NCBI GenBank assembly: GCA_035604095.1
Contig: DATNJE010000191.1
Span: 1-27,150, forward strand
Direction of reading: 5' to 3'
DNA from: Terriglobales bacterium
GTDB taxonomy: Bacteria > Acidobacteriota > Terriglobia > Terriglobales > Acidobacteriaceae
DNA length: 27,150 bases
The position numbers were made by a program, and so were the translations under genes. The stretch's first letter is position 1; each line of letters starts with the position of its first letter. Below are positions 8,965 through 16,712 of the stretch, in pieces. The notes beneath the pieces are model-generated. The model ran no database searches and had not been told where the DNA came from. It saw nothing but the letters and a program-made list of their open reading frames with translations.

Positions 8965-8984
8965 ATCAACGCGGATTCACGCGG
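8965..8984 (+). repeat. decamer tandem (NNACGCGGAT)x2
   Basis: caacgcggat tcacgcggat; related copy at 24937-24956. Confidence 0.6.
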
Positions 8985-9012
8985 ATCGTGCCTCCGTGGT
9001 GGATGTCGTCGT

Positions 9013-10719
9013 TCACGTTTGCAGCACCCCCACCTTGAACTCCGGCACATCCGGGTTGAGCGCTGCGGCTTCCAGGGCACGCACAATAGCATCGCGCGTT
9101 TCCATAGGATCGATGATGCGGTCGATCCACAGCCGGGCGGCTCCGTAGCGCGGATCCTGCTGCGCGTCGTAGGTCTGCTTCACCGATTCGTACAGCTCTT
9201 TCTTCTCCTCCTCGCTCAGCTTCTTGCCGCCGCGCTCCAGTTGCTTGATCTTGATCTCGACCAGGGTGCCGGCGGCCGAGTCGCCGCTCATGACGGCGTA
9301 GCGCGCGCTCGGCCAGGCGAACAGAAAGCGCGGATCGTAGGCTTTGCCGCACATCGCATAGTGCCCCGCGCCGAAGGAGCCGCCGATGATGATGGCGATC
9401 TTCGGCACCACCGAGTTGGAGACGGCATTCACCATCTTGGCGCCCGCCTTGATGATGCCGCTCCACTCCGCGTCGCGCCCCACCATGAAGCCGTTGACGT
9501 CGTGCAGGAATACCAGCGGCACCAGGTTCTGGTTGCAGTCCATGATGAAGCGCGCGGCTTTCTCCGCCGATTCGGTATAGATCACGCCGCCGAACTCAAC
9601 GCGCTTCTGGCCGTGGTCGTCGAGCACGGTGACGTGCTTCTTCTGGTTGGCGACGATGCCCACGGCGAAGCCGCCGATGCGCGCGAAGCCGCAGAGCAGC
9701 GTCTGGCCGTACTCGGGCTTGTACTCGTCGAAGCGGCCGGCGTCCAGGAGGCGCGCCAGAATGTCCTTCATGTCGTAAGGACGCGCGGGATCGGCCTCGA
9801 AGATGCCGTAGAGTTCTTCCGCGGAATAGAGCGGCGGCTCGGGCTGCTTGCGGTCCCACACCGACTGGCGGCGGTAGCCCATCTTCTCCACCAGCGAGCG
9901 GATGCGCGCAATGCAGGCTTCGTCGCTGGGCTCGCGGTAGTCGATGGTGCCGGAGATCTGCGCGTGCATGGCGGCGCCGCCCAGCGTCTCGGCGTCCACC
10001 TGCTGGCCGATGGCGGCCTGCACCAGCGCCGGCCCGGCGAGGAAGAGGCCGCTGCCGTCGGTCATCAGGATGTGGTCGCACATCACCGGCAGGTATCCGC
10101 CGCCGGCCACACACATGCCCATGATGGCGGCGATCTGCGGGATGCCCTGGGCCGACATCACGGCGTTGTTGCGGAAGACGCGGCCGAAATCATCGGTGTC
10201 AGGGAATACGTCCTCCTGCAAAGGCAGGAAGACGCCGGCGGAGTCCACCAGGTAAATCGTGGGAATTCGGTTCTCGAGGGCGATGTTCTGGGCGCGGATC
10301 ACCTTCTTCGCGGTCATGGGAAAGAAAGCTCCGGCCTTTACGGTGGCGTCGTTGGCGATGATCATCAGCAGCCGGCTGTGAATGCGACCCAGACCGGTGA
10401 TCACGCCCGCCGCCGGCGCGCCGCCCCACTCTTCGTACATGCCGTGCGCAGCGAAGAGGCCGAGCTCGAACAGTTCGCTGCCCGGATCGAGCAGCAAGGC
10501 GATGCGCTGGCGCGCGGTGAGGCGTTTTTTCTTGTGCTGGGCCTCGATGGCTTTCGCCCCGCCGCCCTCGCGGATCTTCTCTTCGTCGTTGCGGAAGCTG
10601 GCCACCAGCTCGGCCATGGCGCGCATGTTCTTCTCGTAGCGCGCCGAGGTCGCGTCCACGGTGGATTTCAGGAGGTTCGATGGCAGTTCGGCCGAGGCGT
10701 GCTGGGAATGGTCCGTCAT
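9013..10719 (-). CDS. acyl-CoA carboxylase carboxyltransferase (methylcrotonyl-CoA carboxylase beta-like)
   Basis: ANDATVKAGA, LVDSAGVFLP, GMCVAGGGY, HDVNGFMVG, GSFGAGHYAMCGKAYDPRF. Confidence 0.92.
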   Translation of the reverse strand: MTDHSQHASAELPSNLLKSTVDATSARYEKNMRAMAELVASFRNDEEKIREGGGAKAIEAQHKKKRLTARQRIALLLDPGSELFELGLFAAHGMYEEWGGAPAAGVITGLGRIHSRLLMIIANDATVKAGAFFPMTAKKVIRAQNIALENRIPTIYLVDSAGVFLPLQEDVFPDTDDFGRVFRNNAVMSAQGIPQIAAIMGMCVAGGGYLPVMCDHILMTDGSGLFLAGPALVQAAIGQQVDAETLGGAAMHAQISGTIDYREPSDEACIARIRSLVEKMGYRRQSVWDRKQPEPPLYSAEELYGIFEADPARPYDMKDILARLLDAGRFDEYKPEYGQTLLCGFARIGGFAVGIVANQKKHVTVLDDHGQKRVEFGGVIYTESAEKAARFIMDCNQNLVPLVFLHDVNGFMVGRDAEWSGIIKAGAKMVNAVSNSVVPKIAIIIGGSFGAGHYAMCGKAYDPRFLFAWPSARYAVMSGDSAAGTLVEIKIKQLERGGKKLSEEEKKELYESVKQTYDAQQDPRYGAARLWIDRIIDPMETRDAIVRALEAAALNPDVPEFKVGVLQT

Positions 10720-10786
10720 CGGGGGCGCGGGGGCAAACGGTAACGGTACAACAGCGGCGCGAGCGGGCGCAAACCCGGGGCGCGAA

Positions 10787-11365
10787 CTAGGCGAGCCGCC
10801 CGATGGCGGCGGCCAGCGGATCGTCGGCTACGGCGTCGACCAGTCCGTAGAGCAACGCGTGAGCGGCATTCACCTTCTCGGCGGCGATGAACATCTCGGT
10901 GGCCCGCGCCCGCCCCACCAAGCGCGCCAGCCGCTGCGTGCCACCCCAGCCGGTGATCAGGCCGAGCGCAGCGCCGCGATGGCCGAAGATGGCATGTGGC
11001 GAGGCGATGCGGCAATCGCACGCCAGCACCAGGTCTAGGCCGCCTCCCATGCAGTAGCCGTTCACGGCCGCGATTACCAGCGTGGGGAACTCGTCAACGG
11101 CGTCGGTCATCATCTGCCCGGCCTTCGAAAAGACGAACGCCTCCGTGCCGTTGAGGGCAACAATCTCGTGGAGGTCGGCTCCGGCGGAAAAGAACTTCTG
11201 GTTGCCGGTGATGATGAGGGGGCGCGGGTCGAGGGCCAATTCGCGGACGGCGCTGGCGAGGGAGATGACGCAGGCGCGGGTAAGGCGGTTGGTGCCGTCC
11301 TGCGAGGTCAGGCGCAGGATGTCGCAGCGGTCCTTCGGCTCAATGATAAAACCAATCCCTGCCAT
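10787..11365 (-). CDS. enoyl-CoA hydratase/isomerase family protein (also the C-terminal part of the 10787-11701 fusion ORF)
   Basis: FFSAGADL, YCMGGGLDLVLACD, GLITGWGGTQRL. Own ATG at 11365. Confidence 0.85.
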   Translation of the reverse strand: MAGIGFIIEPKDRCDILRLTSQDGTNRLTRACVISLASAVRELALDPRPLIITGNQKFFSAGADLHEIVALNGTEAFVFSKAGQMMTDAVDEFPTLVIAAVNGYCMGGGLDLVLACDCRIASPHAIFGHRGAALGLITGWGGTQRLARLVGRARATEMFIAAEKVNAAHALLYGLVDAVADDPLAAAIGRLA

Positions 11366-11701
11366 GCTGTCATTCCTTCTTCGGGCAAGGCTCGGCGGGA
11401 GAACCTTGGCTTCTCGTCCGCAGCCTGCACTCAGGTCGCGCCATTTTGGATTCCTTGATTCGATCAGCGCAACCTTCTCGGCGCGGGTAAAGTGCTTGAG
11501 CTTCTTCTCTCGGGCGATCGCCGCCACGATGTTGGAGTACGTTTCAAAGTAAACCAGCTTGTGAACCCGATAGCGGGCCGTAAACGACCACGGGTGCACA
11601 TTGTGCTGGTGCTGCCAAACGCGCTTGTCCAAGTCCCTGGTCACACCGATGTAAAGGATACGGCGATGGCTGGCCATGATGTAGACGCAGTAAGACTTCA
11701 T
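11366..11701 (-). CDS. standalone GIY-YIG nuclease (YhbQ/UPF0213-like); no own stop codon, reads into the hydratase
   Basis: YCVYIM...LYIGVT, conserved R (KRVWQH), FTARY, AIAREKKLK, NPKWRDL in residues 1-90. Confidence 0.88.
11367..11406 (+). repeat. degenerate single REP half
   Basis: CTGTCATTCCTTCTTCGGGCAAGGCTCGGCGGGAGAACCT resembles the left half of the 11712/11882 units. Confidence 0.75.
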
Positions 11702-11711
11702 ATCACTTAAA

Positions 11712-11838
11712 CTGTCATTCTTCCGCCGACCGAAGCGAGGCGGGGAGAATCTGACGATACTGGCCGCACCACCGGCAGCGGTAGCCCAGGCATTCCCGTC
11801 AGATCCTCCGCTCGGCTTCGCCTCGCGAAGGATGACAG
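11712..11838. repeat. REPIN-like unit B1
   Basis: CTGTCATTCTTCCGCC...GAGAATCTGACG - inner spacer - CGTCAGATCCTCCGC...GAAGGATGACAG; long imperfect inverted repeat 10 bp upstream of the nuclease ATG. Confidence 0.93.
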
Positions 11839-11881
11839 CCTCGTTGGGGATAGAGTGTCTGCGACGCGTACTGCCTCCGTT

Positions 11882-12005
11882 CTGTCATTCTTCCGCCGAC
11901 CGAAGGGAGGCGGGAGAATCTGACGATGCTGGCCGCACCCGGCAGCGGTAGCCCAGGCATTCCCGTTAGATCCTCCGCTCGGCTTCGCCTCGCTAAGGAT
12001 GACAG
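11882..12005. repeat. REPIN-like unit B2, near-identical direct copy of B1
   Basis: Same halves and nearly the same inner spacer as B1; separated from B1 by 43 unique bp. Confidence 0.93.
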
Positions 12006-12013
12006 CTGGCGGT

Positions 12014-12715
12014 TCATTCCAGCCACCTCTCCAGCCCCGTCCCATCCTCCGTCAGCTCGAAGTCGCGGATACGGATGCCGCTGCCGATGATCCTGCCGGT
12101 CGCAAGATCGCGCGTCACGCGAGTTATCCACTGGTACCCAATATCGCACTTGTTCGCTGTGTACCAGGTCTGCGGCAGCACCGACACCTCTCCCGCCCTG
12201 GGATGGAGCACGAGGATAGCGCAGGCAGCGTCGTCGTTGCTGGTTGACGGGTAGGGGCCGACCAGCAGCAGTTCGTCGATGCCGCGGAATTCCGGCGCAA
12301 CTTCGACCGCATGCTTGCCGGCAGCGAGGAGAGAACTGATCTCGATTTCGGCCAGGGGCGCGGTCGCGGAGTAGATGCGGTCCTGGGAACGCTTGAACCA
12401 GCCGGCAACATCGCTCAAGGGGAACGCTGCCAACTGGTCGGGATCGAAGCACATCAGGCGCAGGTAGCCGGGCTCGGGACACCATATCCCCAGCCGCGAC
12501 TCGGGCACGACGAACGGGCTGCAATACGTATTCAGCGCCAGCAGCGCTGCGTTCGGCTCCTGCCGCCGGTGCAATGTGACCAGGCGCTCGATCTCAGCTT
12601 CGCTGTGGCAGGTCCAGGTGTAGCGCTGGCCGGAAGCGCCGGTGATTTCAGGGAAGGTCTGCCAGTACCACGGCGCCGGGCCGATGGTCTGCTCGATGAG
12701 TTGCTGTTGCCGGAT
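12014..12715 (-). CDS. hypothetical protein, start codon uncertain
   Basis: Frame open from 12748 to TGA 12014. Protein-like sequence (IEQTIGPAPWYWQTFPEI...) extends ~47 codons upstream of the first TTG (12574). Candidate ATC start at 12715 after GAGGA. Confidence 0.65.
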   Translation of the reverse strand: MRQQQLIEQTIGPAPWYWQTFPEITGASGQRYTWTCHSEAEIERLVTLHRRQEPNAALLALNTYCSPFVVPESRLGIWCPEPGYLRLMCFDPDQLAAFPLSDVAGWFKRSQDRIYSATAPLAEIEISSLLAAGKHAVEVAPEFRGIDELLLVGPYPSTSNDDAACAILVLHPRAGEVSVLPQTWYTANKCDIGYQWITRVTRDLATGRIIGSGIRIRDFELTEDGTGLERWLE

Positions 12716-12722
12716 GGCGTCC

Positions 12723-13142
12723 TCAGACGGCGGCGACGCCGCGCGGCTTCACGTTCTTGCGAATGAACTCCACGATGTCGTTCATGGGCGTGCCCGGCAG
12801 GAAGATGCCGTCAACTCCGGCCTGCTTGAGGCCGGGGATGTCCTGGTCGGGAATGATGCCGCCGATGACCACCAGAACGTCCTCCATCTTGTTCTGGCGG
12901 AGCAGGTCCATGACCCGCGGCATGATGGCGTTGTGCGCGCCGGAGAGAATGGAGAGGCCGATGACGTTCACGTCTTCCTGCAGCGCGGCGCTGACCACCA
13001 TTTCCGGAGTCTGGCGCAGGCCGGTATAGATGACCTCCATGCCGGCATCGCGCAGGGCGCGCGCGATCACCTTGGCGCCGCGGTCGTGGCCGTCCAAGCC
13101 GGGCTTGGCGACAAGAACACGGATCTTTCTCTCAGCAGGCAT
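12723..13142 (-). CDS. cobalamin-binding small subunit of acyl-CoA mutase (IcmB/MCM C-terminal-like)
   Basis: [12 protein letters not shown] (DxHxxG), [14 protein letters not shown]. Confidence 0.95.
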   Translation of the reverse strand: MPAERKIRVLVAKPGLDGHDRGAKVIARALRDAGMEVIYTGLRQTPEMVVSAALQEDVNVIGLSILSGAHNAIMPRVMDLLRQNKMEDVLVVIGGIIPDQDIPGLKQAGVDGIFLPGTPMNDIVEFIRKNVKPRGVAAV

Positions 13143-13177
13143 TTGACGGGGCTTCCAACTGACTAGGATACAACATG

Positions 13178-13253
13178 GATTTGTGATTTGCGATTGGTGA
13201 TTTGTGATTGGGCCATTCGCAAATCACAAATCAGAAATCACAAATCGCAAATC
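13178..13253. repeat. inverted heptamer-array hairpin, unit GATTTGT
   Basis: gatttgt gatttgc gattggt gatttgt gatt / gcaaatc acaaatc agaaatc acaaatc gcaaatc; overlaps the glycosylase TGA. Confidence 0.92.
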
Positions 13254-13848
13254 AGAGTATCGTTTCCCCGCTTCTCCACAGGTACCAGCACGCCACCGAG
13301 CAGTAGGGATGCCAGACGCGGGCGAGCTTCACGATCTGTTTGTGATCGGGGAGCTTGCGCTTCCGGTAATGCTTCTTGATGGCGGCGCGCACACCGTAAT
13401 CGGCGGTGGGCAGGATGTTGGGGCGGCGCAGGGCGAACATCAGGAACATCTGCGCGGACCACTCGCCGATGCCCTTCACGCGGGTGAGGTGCTCGATCAC
13501 ATCTTCGTCGGACATCGCGGGCAGAAGCGCAAAATCGATCTCACCCGAGCGGGTGCGCTCCGCCAGGTCGCGGACGTAGGAGAGCTTCTGCCGCGAGAGT
13601 CCGGCGGCGCGCATTTGCTCAGTCGTCAGCGCGAGGATTGATTCAGGCGTCAGCGTGCCACCCGCAGCCGCAACCAGGCGGTCGAAGATGGTCTTCGCAG
13701 CCTTGCCGTTCAGTTGCTGGAAGGCGATGGAGCGCACCAGGGTCTCGAACGTCGGCTCGCGAAACGTCAGGCGGTAAGGGCCGACGCGTTCGATGATCGC
13801 GGCCAGCACGGGATCGGACTTTTTCAGATGGCTGACGGCATGTCGCAT
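13252..13848 (-). CDS. DNA-3-methyladenine glycosylase II (AlkA/HhH-GPD family)
   Basis: LVRSIAFQQL, GLSRQK, HhH VKGIGEWSAQMFLMF, LPTADYG, WHPYCSVACWYLW. Confidence 0.92.
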   Translation of the reverse strand: MRHAVSHLKKSDPVLAAIIERVGPYRLTFREPTFETLVRSIAFQQLNGKAAKTIFDRLVAAAGGTLTPESILALTTEQMRAAGLSRQKLSYVRDLAERTRSGEIDFALLPAMSDEDVIEHLTRVKGIGEWSAQMFLMFALRRPNILPTADYGVRAAIKKHYRKRKLPDHKQIVKLARVWHPYCSVACWYLWRSGETIL

Positions 13849-13866
13849 CGCGAGTTATAGATTCAC

Positions 13867-13890
13867 CACGGACGCACGGAGACACGGAAA
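13867..13890 (+). repeat. octamer tandem (CACGGANN)x3
   Basis: cacggacg cacggaga cacggaaa. Confidence 0.7.
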
Positions 13891-13972
13891 ATCGGGTGAT
13901 CGGGTCATCGGGTCATCGGGTCAACACCCGGGGGTGCAAATCACCCGATGACCCGGCCTCCCGATGCCCCGA

Positions 13973-13973
<1 letters not shown>
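13891..13973. repeat. inverted octamer-array hairpin, unit ATCGGGTC
   Basis: atcgggtg atcgggtc atcgggtc atcgggtc / cacccgat gacccggc ctcccgat gccccgat; overlaps the mutase TAA. Confidence 0.9.
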
Positions 13974-15775
<1,802 letters not shown>

Positions 15776-15797
15776 GACGGAGGCCAGTTACTTAGCA

Positions 15798-15826
15798 ATC
15801 ATAGAGGATGCAGAAAACCGGGGCAA
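15798..15826 (-). promoter_or_regulatory. sigma70-type promoter TTGCCC-N17-TATGAT for the mutase gene
   Basis: -35 at 15821-15826, -10 at 15798-15803, exact 17-bp spacer, 22 nt upstream of ATG 15775. Confidence 0.6.
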
Positions 15827-15863
15827 GAACACAAAGGTGTGACCGCCGACACTGCGTCCCGTG

Positions 15864-16628
15864 CTACCGGGTTTCACGCTGGCGGGCCCGCGCCAGTTCC
15901 CACACCTTGGCGTACTTCCAGCTCACGTAGGCAGAATGGTAGAGGTGCAGCAGCAGGCTTTCGCGGCCGTCCAGCAGCCCAAGACGGAAGAAGTAGTTGT
16001 AGAGGAAAGTCGCCAGGGGATTGATGACGATGTTCAACAGGCTGAAGCCGCCGCGGCCCTCGGCGACGGCGATCTCCGCCCCCAGCGACGAATAGCGATT
16101 CATGTGCTGGATGTAGCCCTCGAGCGTGGGGTAGGCGTTGTGTATCAAGGCGTGGTTGAGCGTGGCCGTTGGGCCGTCCACGTGAACGACCTCGTGCACC
16201 GGACGTTCTCCGAAGCGGCCCAGGCCGCGGCGGAACAGGCGCAGTTTGCGGTCGGGATAGAAGCCGCCGTGGCGCATCCAGCGGCCGAGGAAGTAATTCT
16301 TGCGCGGCATGTAATAGCCATTCACCGGCGGGTTGTGGCCGAGGACATCGCGGATCTCGGCCATCAGCTCGGGCTCGACCGCCTCGTCGGCATCGAGCGA
16401 CAGCACCCAGTCGCCGCTGGCCTTGTCGATGGCGGAATTTTTCTGGGCTGAGTAGCCCTGCCATTTCTCTGAAAAAGTCCGGGCGCCGAAGGCGCGTGCG
16501 ATCTCCAGGGTGCGGTCGGTCGAGCCGCAATCCAGGACGATGTGCTCATCCGCCAGCCGCACGCTTTCCAGCACGCGACCGATGTTGGCTTCTTCGTTAT
16601 GAGTGATGACCACGACGGACAGGGTCAC
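15864..16628 (-). CDS. family 2 glycosyltransferase (WaaE/KdtX-like)
   Basis: LSVVVITHNEE, VLDCGSTD, SLDADE, LRLFRR, RPVHE. GTG start. Confidence 0.92.
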   Translation of the reverse strand: MTLSVVVITHNEEANIGRVLESVRLADEHIVLDCGSTDRTLEIARAFGARTFSEKWQGYSAQKNSAIDKASGDWVLSLDADEAVEPELMAEIRDVLGHNPPVNGYYMPRKNYFLGRWMRHGGFYPDRKLRLFRRGLGRFGERPVHEVVHVDGPTATLNHALIHNAYPTLEGYIQHMNRYSSLGAEIAVAEGRGGFSLLNIVINPLATFLYNYFFRLGLLDGRESLLLHLYHSAYVSWKYAKVWELARARQRETR

Positions 16629-16640
16629 GGCGAAAGCATA

Positions 16641-16711
16641 GAGTACCGAGTACCGAGTACCTAGTACCGAGTCAGCCTCACTCGGTACTCGGTACTGGGT
16701 ACTTGGTACTG
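16641..16711. repeat. inverted heptamer-array hairpin, unit GAGTACC
   Basis: gagtacc x3 tagtacc gagt - cagcctc loop - actc ggtactc ggtactg ggtactt ggtactg; ends 1 bp from the tolC stop. Confidence 0.95.
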
Positions 16712-16712
16712 G

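Larger units (their letters stand above)
11366..12006. mobile_element. putative GIY-YIG/REP cassette bounded by GCTGTCAT(T)CCTT inverted termini
   Basis: Inverted termini at 11366 and 12006 enclose the nuclease and two REPIN units. Mobility is inferred, not shown. Confidence 0.5.

Noticed and set aside
9019-10743. 574-aa plus-strand ORF, and similar long antisense ORFs (e.g. 1236-2243, 5082-5987, 14696-16024, 21726-23417)
   Set aside because: Antisense shadows of well-supported genes, typical of high-GC DNA; no family motifs.
11712-12005. CRISPR-like repeat-spacer-repeat
   Set aside because: Only two units of ~125 bp, each a double palindrome; no cas genes or leader. It fits a REPIN doublet.
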